A DNA stretch of 64,000 bases from a virus. Below are positions 9,840-18,920 of this stretch, piece by piece (the stretch's first letter is position 1; the number at the start of each line of letters is the position of its first letter). Position numbers and translations under genes: made by a program. The DNA lies in IMG/VR virus record IMGVR_UViG_3300042521_002634, positions 1 to 64,000 of that record; one strand, written 5' to 3'. Below the pieces are notes generated by a model. The model saw only the letters and a list, made by a program, of their open reading frames with translations. It did not search any database and was not told where the DNA came from.

Positions 9840-10834
9840 GACTCTTCTGCTCTCCCTTCAGCCGCTGCTGCTATAGCAGCGCCATACGCTTTTTTGTCGT
9901 AGTGATGAAATCTTTTGACATACTGCGGATGCGGCATGACTGTCATGTTTCTGGATTCAATTCCAGACAGCAGCAGTCCTTTTTCTGCCATGCGCCCTAG
10001 AGCTACTATTCTCGGGCGGCCTAAGGCTTCCCATAAACTGAACAGACGTGAGCCGTAGAACTCGTTCGCGTTTACTATGCCGTATTGTTTCCAAACTGTA
10101 TGCGGAATGCTACTAAGTAAAAAGTCACCAGAGTTACTGTTCACTGGCATAAAAGGAAGAATAGTCTCATTTCCATACTTTAAAGTTACGTTGCGCTGAT
10201 CACCTACTATAAGCGCAGTAGGGTTTGGAGCTCCTATATATTCCGGGTACTCAGCAAGTTTTGCTGAAGCCTCAGCGATGCGTTCAGCCTTGTTGATTAT
10301 CTCCGTAGCAATCTCACCTACGTCATTAAAATTATATGGATGCGGTTGAATTTTACCAGCAAGGCGCGCGGTAGCGCCAGCTCCAAACGAATAGTATTCA
10401 AGAACTTGTGCCAGCTCATCTGTGTTGACAAAATCATCGCCGCGAGAATTGATTCTTTCAATTAGCACTTCTAGTGGCTGATACAGCCAAAATTGTGCAA
10501 CTCCACGTGACATAAGAAATAGCTCTACCCAGCGCCAACCAGATCGACCGAGAAGCCCGTACGAGTCGTTGCACGTATGAGGGCGCTTGATAGGTGCGTA
10601 GGTAACTTCTCCCCAGTGCCATCGGTCTGCAATCGCAAGACGGGACGTCCAGTCTTGCTTTTCAATTGAAATCGCGTATTCATTTAGCACCCAACGGAGC
10701 GTCTCTTCTTCTGGCTTACCTTTATGAAATTCCGTGACGCTTCTCTCAGGGAATCTTGCCTGAATCTGCGACTTAATTTCAGCAATAAGTGACGACTTAC
10801 CAGAGCCGTCAGCGCCTTCAATCACTATAAACAT
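9824..10834 (-). CDS. dNMP kinase fused to a C-terminal uracil-DNA-glycosylase-superfamily domain
   Basis: N-term IEGADGSGKS, DRW, RINSRGD. C-term G-x-P-N-P-x-ALIVGDQ...PF...SGDFL...VNA...PRIVALGRMAE...PHPQY. Confidence 0.72.
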   Translation of the reverse strand: MFIVIEGADGSGKSSLIAEIKSQIQARFPERSVTEFHKGKPEEETLRWVLNEYAISIEKQDWTSRLAIADRWHWGEVTYAPIKRPHTCNDSYGLLGRSGWRWVELFLMSRGVAQFWLYQPLEVLIERINSRGDDFVNTDELAQVLEYYSFGAGATARLAGKIQPHPYNFNDVGEIATEIINKAERIAEASAKLAEYPEYIGAPNPTALIVGDQRNVTLKYGNETILPFMPVNSNSGDFLLSSIPHTVWKQYGIVNANEFYGSRLFSLWEALGRPRIVALGRMAEKGLLLSGIESRNMTVMPHPQYVKRFHHYDKKAYGAAIAAAAEGRAEESWTLR

Positions 10835-10880
10835 TTTTTATCTTTCGTCTTGTGTCATTAGATAGTATCAAATAAAGTGT

Positions 10881-11351
10881 CTAAGGAATGACTTCTACCT
10901 TATAAATCTTTTCTATTCCTTTGTCTAGAGAGGCTGCGTCATCCAATAGACGCTGAGCAACGTTTGTTAAATAGCGAGCACCGCCGTTATCGTATTTGTA
11001 CAATGCTTCAAGAACAGCGTTAGGATCTTCGCTAACTTGAGCCCAGTATCTGTCTTTTTCTGGAAATATAAGGCCTGCTTCAAATGATGGACGACAGTCT
11101 TCACAGGGTATCATTCCGTCTTTAGCGTGCTCAGGTTTTAGCTCCTGTAAACCGTATCGTTTGACTAAATGACAAGCAGCGCCGTGGTACACAACGGATA
11201 CTCCAATTCGAGAAAGAACATAAGAGCCGTTCTCAGTTTTGTAAAGCGCGAACTCAATCCAACGTGTTGAACCGCTTCTCCACGAGGAAGATTTGCCTAA
11301 GAGCGTACCACTAAACTGAAGTGTTCTTGAGCCGTCTTTTACTTGAATCAT
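10881..11351 (-). CDS. hypothetical protein with a putative Zn-binding H/C motif
   Basis: 156-aa ORF with its own -10-like element upstream; H..C...CEDC. Confidence 0.7.
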   Translation of the reverse strand: MIQVKDGSRTLQFSGTLLGKSSSWRSGSTRWIEFALYKTENGSYVLSRIGVSVVYHGAACHLVKRYGLQELKPEHAKDGMIPCEDCRPSFEAGLIFPEKDRYWAQVSEDPNAVLEALYKYDNGGARYLTNVAQRLLDDAASLDKGIEKIYKVEVIP

Positions 11352-11457
11352 TTAAGGTCTTTTCTTTATCACTATGTGCTTGTGTAAATAATATCAAATG
11401 GATTAGCTGCTGTTGACGCTTATCAAGCAGTTTGACTGCTATATCTTACAGATGCTG

Positions 11458-12828
11458 CTATGTTCCGTTTTTTGTGCCGCCTAGGTGGTTGTACCACTTT
11501 ACGGCGGCGTATCGCATTCCGCTCGCTACCGGCTCGACACAGTGCATGTTCTCAAAGCCCGAGCTAAACACGACAATCTTGCCAGCGCCGCGAGTAATCC
11601 TGACGTTTTTATGAGTAAACACTAAATCTCCACCAGTGTAGCCGTCATTTAGAAAAGCAGAGACAGAGACAACTCTAGGAAACTCTAAGCAGTCATCAAC
11701 GTGATTATGGAAAGAGCCACCGCGCTCGTATCTTGTAAGCTGCCAGTTTGTCGACTGCAGCTCTCGTATGCTGTACATTTTTCTAAAGTCTTTGATGATT
11801 GGAGCCATGCCAGCTTCAAGACTTTCGTATAGTCTACGTATTGGGTCATGAACATGACACGACAGCTGGGTACTATTGATAAACTTAACGTAGCAGGTTC
11901 TAGCTTGGTAGTTAACAGTCGGATCTCGCTCCTCACTAAGCACCTGGGCAGGCTTCCAAAGCTTGTAGCACGAATTCTGCGCAAGACCCTTAAGAGTTTG
12001 AGCAGACTGTTTTGATATTTGGTATTGCACTATTCCTGGAGCAATCACAGTCTTTTCTTCAACAGACATGTCAACAAGTTCTGGCTCGTCGTCTGTGTAC
12101 TCTCCAAGAATTTTGTCGTAAAGTGACAAAACGCCAGAGTAGTCATGACACGAGCAGACAGGTTGATTGATCGGTGCGTCGGGCATTGGAATGTACCGGT
12201 TTCTGTTAAAAAACCTAATGTCGCCGTCACTTCCATACCGCCCTATGTCATTTCCTCGAGTTTTCTTTTGAATCCAATGATCAGGCCGAGTAAAATGCAT
12301 AAACACCACAGTAGTGTGCACATCAGAGCGCCTAGAAGGATATGCAGGACGCGCGTGCGTATGCTGCTGCCCTGCAAAGATTATTCCTTCATTTTCATTT
12401 TGCTCGTATTCTTTTTCTTCTACAATTAGGTTCCACTTTGCGGTATTTTCAATTGTTAAATCAACTGTTGTCTGTGTTCCATTTTGATCTACGTGCTCCC
12501 ATAAGTGCGGAATACAGCCATTGATTGACTGATACCTGACAACAAAGAAATACGCTTTAAGCAAGGTGTCATCATTGAATACTTCTCTAGCTTTTTTCAA
12601 AGAAAATTCTTCAATGTCCTTAGAAAAACTGATTGGAGATTCCCATCGTCCCAGCATCGTATGGTAGTAGCTAGGGCCGTCTGGTCCGAGATTGAGGTCG
12701 TTTACGCTTTTCTTAACACGAGAAAACATTTCGTCTGGGAAGAATGATTTAATTACTACAGGTTCGCTGATTAGCGGATTTGGAAGCTCAAATTCAATTT
12801 TTCCATTTCGCATATCACCACTTGCCAA
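11458..12828 (-). CDS. tandem 2OG-Fe(II) oxygenase (C-terminal prolyl-4-hydroxylase-like domain)
   Basis: Domain 1: LWEHVD...IIFAGQQHTHAR. Domain 2: RYERGGSFHNHVD..RVVSVSAFLNDGYTGGDLVF..MHCVEPVASGMRY. Confidence 0.85.
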   Translation of the reverse strand: MASGDMRNGKIEFELPNPLISEPVVIKSFFPDEMFSRVKKSVNDLNLGPDGPSYYHTMLGRWESPISFSKDIEEFSLKKAREVFNDDTLLKAYFFVVRYQSINGCIPHLWEHVDQNGTQTTVDLTIENTAKWNLIVEEKEYEQNENEGIIFAGQQHTHARPAYPSRRSDVHTTVVFMHFTRPDHWIQKKTRGNDIGRYGSDGDIRFFNRNRYIPMPDAPINQPVCSCHDYSGVLSLYDKILGEYTDDEPELVDMSVEEKTVIAPGIVQYQISKQSAQTLKGLAQNSCYKLWKPAQVLSEERDPTVNYQARTCYVKFINSTQLSCHVHDPIRRLYESLEAGMAPIIKDFRKMYSIRELQSTNWQLTRYERGGSFHNHVDDCLEFPRVVSVSAFLNDGYTGGDLVFTHKNVRITRGAGKIVVFSSGFENMHCVEPVASGMRYAAVKWYNHLGGTKNGT

Positions 12829-13051
12829 GCGGGCACTTTGCGTTTAGTAGTCGTGTTTTTAGATTCATAAAACAACCGCACTCAAGACACTGCTTAGTGA
12901 CGCTTAAAAAGCGCTCGCAGCCTTGACACGTAGTGTATCGTGCTGCTGCAAGCTCTTCGCTAGATCTGGGAGCGTTTCGATTGATTAAATCTAGTGGAGT
13001 AACTCCGCCATTTTTTTCTTTAAACAGTTGCCAAGGAGTTTTTTCAGACAT
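12815..13051 (-). CDS. small Cys-rich protein (DUF6171-like)
   Basis: R...CxxC...QCLECGCF..KT....KCPLGKW. Confidence 0.7.
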   Translation of the reverse strand: MSEKTPWQLFKEKNGGVTPLDLINRNAPRSSEELAAARYTTCQGCERFLSVTKQCLECGCFMNLKTRLLNAKCPLGKW

Positions 13052-13436
13052 ATTGTCCACTTCCTGCGTATCTAACTGTTTCTCCGTTGCGAATTGTGGT
13101 TACGTAAAATCCGTATTCGTCGTGGCGCCAGCCAGCACCAACGTGTTTTCCATTTTCAAGCGTAAGTTTAATGATTAACGGACTGCTCAGTAGTATTGCC
13201 GCAAGCATCTCACTTACAGTAGCCTCAACTGCACCAGCAGAAGAAGTAATTACAACAGCGCCAGGCTGGTCAACTGACGCTACGATGCTGGGCGAGTTTA
13301 GCAAATAGTTTTCGGCAAAAGACGGCTGAAAAGACTTTGTATACACAACTTCATTGTCAATCACAAATGCAATTGCAATGCCAGGATAGCCATCTCTTTC
13401 GGGGCTAAATGTAATGTCTGTTTCGGTTAAAATCAT
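13044..13436 (-). CDS. hypothetical tail-fibre-associated protein
   Basis: 130-aa ORF coupled to its neighbours; C-terminal VGAGWRHD..GF. Confidence 0.65.
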   Translation of the reverse strand: MILTETDITFSPERDGYPGIAIAFVIDNEVVYTKSFQPSFAENYLLNSPSIVASVDQPGAVVITSSAGAVEATVSEMLAAILLSSPLIIKLTLENGKHVGAGWRHDEYGFYVTTIRNGETVRYAGSGQYV

Positions 13437-13438
13437 AT

Positions 13439-13912
13439 TTATGCTCCGCCCGAACCGCTTATCAACTTAGATTTTGCGTATTTATTTGCAAATCCTGCAC
13501 TTGCTGGAGTCATTTCAATATTGGTCCAAGCATCTTGATATGGGAAGCCTTGTCCAATCTCTTCTTCTCGTTGACTTGTAATAAAATCTGCCAACCTTGT
13601 CGCATATCCTTGACGTTGATAATTTGGGTGAGTAATAATAAACCACGGACGCTGTACGCCATTTTCATCCACGTAGCCTGCGTGTAAACAAATTAAATAG
13701 CCATTGTCATCTCTGAACAATGTGTATCTAACTGATTTGATGGTTTCTGAATTGCCCCACTTAGGCGACCTTACTTCTTTAATCCGCTGCGAATAACCCT
13801 TGTTGTTGAGGTCGATTTCGCCAAATAAATTGACCATATCATCCCATAGTGTTGTAACCAATTCTTCGCTGACAATTGGGGCTATATCTGACCACGCATC
13901 ATTTGTTGTCAT
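13439..13912 (-). CDS. GNAT-family acetyltransferase
   Basis: FIITHPNYQRQGYATRL acetyl-CoA motif A; AGGAG SD before the ATG at 13912. Confidence 0.7.
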   Translation of the reverse strand: MTTNDAWSDIAPIVSEELVTTLWDDMVNLFGEIDLNNKGYSQRIKEVRSPKWGNSETIKSVRYTLFRDDNGYLICLHAGYVDENGVQRPWFIITHPNYQRQGYATRLADFITSQREEEIGQGFPYQDAWTNIEMTPASAGFANKYAKSKLISGSGGA

Positions 13913-13999
13913 CGTAAGCACTCCTTTTTTCTTCAACTAATTCAAGGCTTACCCAATTATAACTAAACAACCACTCATCCAAGGCAATTATCGATGGTT

Positions 14000-15286
14000 C
14001 TACTGACACGAGTACACACCCTTCACGCCAACGCAAACGCCACAACATGGACCAATGTCGCCACAATCTGGACAAGGAGGTGTAACTGGTGGAGTAACAG
14101 GAGGTGTGACTGGAGGTGTGACTGGAGGTGTAACTGGTGGAGTAACAGGAGGTGTGACTGGAGGTGTGACTGGAGGTGTGACTGGAGGTGTGCATATCGC
14201 GCCCCAACCTGGTTCAATACATTGACCTGTTGTTACACAGCCATCTTCACCAAGTGAAACTTGTAGTTCCGAGCAATATCTGTACTCGCCGGGAATATCC
14301 GGTGGAACCACAGGTGGTGTCACAGGTGGTGTCACAGGTGGTGTCACAGGTGGTGTCACAGGTGGTGTCACAGGTGGTGTGCTAGATCCGCAGCCGGCGA
14401 TGCAGTACTTTATCGTCTCAGACTCACCGTACATATAAGCGAATAAGGTGCCGTCATCCGATCCAGTCGTGTCAGTCGGGTCAAAGTAAAATGAGATAGC
14501 GTACGGAGTGCCGGTCTGGCTTTCTTCAACGATAAACGGACGAAAATAGTATATGCCCTTTGAGTCAGTGCTGGCGTTGTCGGCGGGATCGCGTACTTCT
14601 ATGTTCTGCGCAACTACTTCGCCGTTTCCAATATTAACTCCTGCCGCAGATATTGCGCCGGTCCCGTCATTTCCTGACGGGTCTAAGATCATCGCTTGGT
14701 CGCCAGGATTGGTAGGAACAGTTCGAAGACTGCCGTCACCGTACACCGGGTCGAACACCCAGTCGCCAATCTGACCGGTAGTGGCGATCACTTCAATGCC
14801 GTTAAGTATACCTACGGTAATGTTGCCCGCGTCAAGGTTAGACACTGTGATCACACTTGCATCAATTGTTCCGGCTGTTATCTTGTTAGCGCTAATGCTA
14901 GCAAGTGCGTTGTCTCCTAGTTCAAATCCACCCCACGCGCTGCCTGTCCATCGATAAAACCTATTGTCATCATCAGTATCAAACCACAGGTCGCCGGTAG
15001 TGTGACTTGATCCCGATGGAGCTGTTGTTTGACGATATACCTTATTTTTTCCGTCGGCTGTAGTCTGCGCCGCGTCGGCCGCGTCCTGTGCGTCCTCAAT
15101 TGATCCTGAAACCTCAGTGCTGAGAATTGAAACTGTTACAGCGCCTTCTTCTAGTTTAGGTTCTCCTACGCTTCTGTCAGCGACTTTTCTAACAGACGGG
15201 CGTCGCGCCATACCGCGAACTCGACGATCAAGCCGGCTAACGTAGTTGCCAAGTCTGCGAAGACTTCTACGACGGTTACTCGCCAC
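14000..15286 (-). CDS. tail fibre / receptor-binding protein with TPPV repeats and Cys-rich tip
   Basis: AQTTADGKNKVY, GDLWFDTDD, ISANKITAGTIDA tail-fibre motifs; GTG at 15286 with a GGAGG SD. Confidence 0.75.
   Translation of the reverse strand: MASNRRRSLRRLGNYVSRLDRRVRGMARRPSVRKVADRSVGEPKLEEGAVTVSILSTEVSGSIEDAQDAADAAQTTADGKNKVYRQTTAPSGSSHTTGDLWFDTDDDNRFYRWTGSAWGGFELGDNALASISANKITAGTIDASVITVSNLDAGNITVGILNGIEVIATTGQIGDWVFDPVYGDGSLRTVPTNPGDQAMILDPSGNDGTGAISAAGVNIGNGEVVAQNIEVRDPADNASTDSKGIYYFRPFIVEESQTGTPYAISFYFDPTDTTGSDDGTLFAYMYGESETIKYCIAGCGSSTPPVTPPVTPPVTPPVTPPVTPPVVPPDIPGEYRYCSELQVSLGEDGCVTTGQCIEPGWGAICTPPVTPPVTPPVTPPVTPPVTPPVTPPVTPPVTPPVTPPCPDCGDIGPCCGVCVGVKGVYSCQ
14075..14191. repeat. 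degenerate 12-bp tandem array encoding (TPPV)9-TPP
   Basis: Units aactggtggagt / aacaggaggtgt / gactggaggtgt arranged ABCC-ABCCC. Confidence 0.95.
14309..14380. repeat. six perfect 12-bp repeats cacaggtggtgt encoding (TPPV)6
   Basis: Read directly from the sequence. Confidence 0.95.
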
Positions 15287-17261
15287 GACGATCAACCTCC
15301 CACTCTGTGACAAGCTCTAGGCTAACTTGCTCTGGAAAAGAAGGGGTATCTGGCACGCTTACCTTGATTGAATCGATTTTTCTAACAAGAACAGTGTCGC
15401 GCACCTCAAGGTCACTTGATAAGCGTTGACGAATAAACTCGTCGTTGGCGATGATCGAGCACCAGTCACCTGGAAAGTACGTTCCGACGACAGGGTTAAG
15501 CGAGCCGTTCACAGATATAGTTATATCTGCAACAGGCGGACGAAACTCGTTTAAGTAACGCGCAGCATGATCGTACAAAATCTGCTCGTCGCTTATGTCT
15601 TGTTTTTCTTCTTCTTGATCTAATAGCGGCCAGCCTGCTGCAAGAAGATCCGTAGCTGATGCCGCAGCGTACGGCTGGCTAATATCATCACCAAGATCCG
15701 GAATATTGCCGACTACAAAAAATCTTGTGGCTGCATTTTCTGAAGACTCTTTGACGTCTATGTCGTTTATATTTCCTGGAAACTCAAATACAAGTTGGTC
15801 AGCGCCAAATCTGCTAATCGGCGAGACCTCGCCTGGCGCAGGAGGATTTGGAAAGTTGATTGGAATAAACACAAGTGTGCGTGTAAAAGATCCGGTAGTC
15901 GGGTCGTAGTCGCAGTCAACACGGTACTCAAAACCGTCAATTGAGTCGGAATATTCGTCTAGTTCTTCACCAACTGACTTAAGCAAATACCCACGGTACG
16001 TCGCGTTTTCTAGGTTTTTGTCGGCGTACCCTAAATCTGAGTAGTCAAGCCCAATATCAGCATTTGCTGGAAATTCTCCATAAGTACTTGACACAGCTGC
16101 TCTAACAATAGTTGCAGTTCCACTTGCCGCTACAGACGCAATTTTGTTAAGAGCGTACGTACTATATGTAAACGTAGTAGCGGTCGGAACTGAAGCAACG
16201 CTATACATGCCGTTAAAAGTAATTTCATTCGCGCTAGTGCTGTCAACTCCAGCTACTGTGACGACGTTACCGACAGCTAGCCCGTGCGACGCAGAAGTTG
16301 TAAGAGTGGCTATTCCGGCAGTGTATGCTTTGTTAGTCACAGATAGAGTCACGTTAGACACTGCTGTTGAAGCAATGTTTGTTCCAGTAAGATCGTACGT
16401 AAACGACGTTGACGTAGGTATTGAAGATACTTCGTATGTGCCGTCTAACGTCGAGTCGACGTTTTCTACTTGAACTGTCTGGCCTATGATTAAATTATGC
16501 GCCGTAGACGTGGTTAACGTCACTACGTTGGACGACAATTGCTTGTTTGTGACAGTGTACCTGGTCGCAGTTGCAGGTTCAATTTCATCATTAGGGAACT
16601 CTATGTTTGTAAAATCAACAAGTGCGCTGTCGATTAGCTGTCGCATGTAGTCGTACGCATCGCTGCGCACGTACAGTGTGGTAAGAGTGTACGTTCCGTT
16701 TGGTATAGACGGAGCTGATACGTAAAAAACAGTGTCAGTAGGCGCTGGACTTGCTGCTACAACATAATAGCCATTGTACACAAAGTTGCCGACTTCATAA
16801 AATATAAGCCGAATGCTTGAGCCAACTGGGACTTCGTAGTTTCCATTTTCAATAGTTACCTGCGCAACTCCGCTCGTAACTACAACTGTCACTTCAAAGT
16901 CATGGGTGTACGTTTTCCAAATATTGCGATGGTAGAAGTAACTCGTCCACTCTGATCCATTTATTGTCATCACACGCTGTTTTGCGTTGTACGACCGACT
17001 CCAGATGATTCCACCCCAGACGCACACATTGTTTCTAACGACGTATATTGCAGTCTTGCCTGGCATCGTGCTCTCGTAAAGATTCAACGCCGCGTTGCCG
17101 TCAATTACTGGAATCTTGCCACTAAAATCTCCAGCGCCTTTGATGGCTCGTTCGTAGCTTACGCTTTTAAGAGGTATTTCAGCAATTACCGAATTACTTA
17201 AGATGTCAGCGGTGAAGTATCGGTATACCGCTACGTTCTCATCGTAAAGTGGAGTTGCCAT
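15276..17261 (-). CDS. minor tail protein (Tal/hub-like) with inserted beta-repeat domains
   Basis: VWGGIIWSR hub motif; position after Dit; TLTT.AH.L..G..V.V repeats. Confidence 0.75.
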   Translation of the reverse strand: MATPLYDENVAVYRYFTADILSNSVIAEIPLKSVSYERAIKGAGDFSGKIPVIDGNAALNLYESTMPGKTAIYVVRNNVCVWGGIIWSRSYNAKQRVMTINGSEWTSYFYHRNIWKTYTHDFEVTVVVTSGVAQVTIENGNYEVPVGSSIRLIFYEVGNFVYNGYYVVAASPAPTDTVFYVSAPSIPNGTYTLTTLYVRSDAYDYMRQLIDSALVDFTNIEFPNDEIEPATATRYTVTNKQLSSNVVTLTTSTAHNLIIGQTVQVENVDSTLDGTYEVSSIPTSTSFTYDLTGTNIASTAVSNVTLSVTNKAYTAGIATLTTSASHGLAVGNVVTVAGVDSTSANEITFNGMYSVASVPTATTFTYSTYALNKIASVAASGTATIVRAAVSSTYGEFPANADIGLDYSDLGYADKNLENATYRGYLLKSVGEELDEYSDSIDGFEYRVDCDYDPTTGSFTRTLVFIPINFPNPPAPGEVSPISRFGADQLVFEFPGNINDIDVKESSENAATRFFVVGNIPDLGDDISQPYAAASATDLLAAGWPLLDQEEEKQDISDEQILYDHAARYLNEFRPPVADITISVNGSLNPVVGTYFPGDWCSIIANDEFIRQRLSSDLEVRDTVLVRKIDSIKVSVPDTPSFPEQVSLELVTEWEVDRRGE

Positions 17262-17282
17262 ACGTCGCCCATCGCATTGTCA

Positions 17283-18920
17283 TTAACCTATCCAGCCTGA
17301 TCGATAATAAACTACCATAGAGGCCGTGCCATTCGCTGCACCAGCGTCTTCAAACGTAATTTCATTTTGACCTGGTGCAAGAACAATCCAATCGACTAAA
17401 GTATCAATCATTGACCGTGTGCTATCGGTGCTTCCGTTAAACGCGACTTCTTGATTGTAAGTGTCGATTTCAAGAACATCAACGGGTATTGAAGCCGTGC
17501 CACTTTCTGCTGAAGAGCCAACGTTGGCGTTCGTCTTAGCATAGGTAAACGTTGTAGTTGTAGGAACGGTCAAGATAGTGTGCGTGCCGTCGTACACAGC
17601 GTCGCTGATGCTGACGGTCACGATATCGCCGGATAAGAAGCCGTGCGCAGCGCTGGTAGTAAGAGTTGCGACGTTGCCAGTCAGAGACGAGTTAGTTACG
17701 GAGCGAGAAGTTGCTGCACGAAGCGGTTGAACAATTGTAAGAAGCTCATCTGTAGCAGCGTTGTATATTTCACCAGGACCAGTCAGTGGTCCTGTTATCT
17801 CAAAGACGACAGTTACGTTAGTATTTCCATTGTTCGTGATCGTACGCGTTCCTGTCTCGACGGTTGAAGCATTTGATGCGGGAATAGTCGTCGTTGTATA
17901 TCCGTCCTCCTGCTCCCAGTTCCACTCATACTTGATTGGGTCCGCCGCACGAAGCCCGATGCTAAACTCAGTGCGTCCACGAGCGTTAGTAGTTTCAATA
18001 TTTGGTTTTCCGCTTAAGCGAACTCGAGAAGCTTTAGTTGGGTTCTCATTGACATACAGCCACGCGTTGCTGTATACGAGGCTCGTAGCTCTAATCAACT
18101 TGTCTCGAGCTGCTGGCACTAGCGAAGGATCAGGAGTCAAGAACACTCCGTCGAGCTCAATTTGCCTAGCCTTCCAACGCCCACGAACATCGTATGAACC
18201 GTCTCCCCAACCGCGCTCGATGTCAGAAACTTCTGGGTCCGGGTGTTCCCACCAGCCTTTTAGATCTGTAAGAACCCAAACAACATTGTTTTCATCTATC
18301 GTGCTAAGAATTAAGCCGTTTAGTTGAACGTCTGCGTTGAGTTTCATTCCCGTGATCCACGGGCGTGGCAGCGCTGTCAACGAGCGATTGACTACTGTTG
18401 TTTCGGTGGCCTGTGTCGGCTCGTCGATGTATAAATTGATGCTTGATGCTTGTTCAAACAGAACTGCGTCAACTAAGAACCTGTCTCCAGCAGTTCCAGC
18501 AGTTGGCTGAATGATGCTGATCATTACACCTGCTGCGGTTGCTGGCGCAGTCGCTAACTTAGCAAGACGGACCCACGAAGACCCAGCAGTCACCGCAGTT
18601 AAGGTGCTTGTAGTAGACGAGATAGAAGTTCCACCTGTAGTTGCGGTAAACCACTCGAGTTTAATCTGAAGGCTTCCGTCGTTGTACGCTTGAGGAATTT
18701 TTACGTACGCTGCTACGGCGTAGCTTAGGTTTTGAGTAACGGCGATACGGCTTGCTAACGCGACACCAGAATTTGACGCTGCAGCCTTAGTGACTTCAAG
18801 AGATGAACTACCAAAGTAGTAATCTGATGTTATGCGTGCAATTGTCGCGCTGCCAGCTGCAGACCAGCCAGTCGTGTTGGTTACGAATGACGGATTAGTT
18901 ACTAAGTTTACTCGACTCAT
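17283..18920 (-). CDS. distal tail protein (Dit) with an N-terminal carbohydrate-binding-like domain
   Basis: NLVTNPSF...GW CBM-like start; AADPIKY, NNGN, LAPGQNEI, YRSGW Dit motifs; directly after the TMP. Confidence 0.78.
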   Translation of the reverse strand: MSRVNLVTNPSFVTNTTGWSAAGSATIARITSDYYFGSSSLEVTKAAASNSGVALASRIAVTQNLSYAVAAYVKIPQAYNDGSLQIKLEWFTATTGGTSISSTTSTLTAVTAGSSWVRLAKLATAPATAAGVMISIIQPTAGTAGDRFLVDAVLFEQASSINLYIDEPTQATETTVVNRSLTALPRPWITGMKLNADVQLNGLILSTIDENNVVWVLTDLKGWWEHPDPEVSDIERGWGDGSYDVRGRWKARQIELDGVFLTPDPSLVPAARDKLIRATSLVYSNAWLYVNENPTKASRVRLSGKPNIETTNARGRTEFSIGLRAADPIKYEWNWEQEDGYTTTTIPASNASTVETGTRTITNNGNTNVTVVFEITGPLTGPGEIYNAATDELLTIVQPLRAATSRSVTNSSLTGNVATLTTSAAHGFLSGDIVTVSISDAVYDGTHTILTVPTTTTFTYAKTNANVGSSAESGTASIPVDVLEIDTYNQEVAFNGSTDSTRSMIDTLVDWIVLAPGQNEITFEDAGAANGTASMVVYYRSGWIG

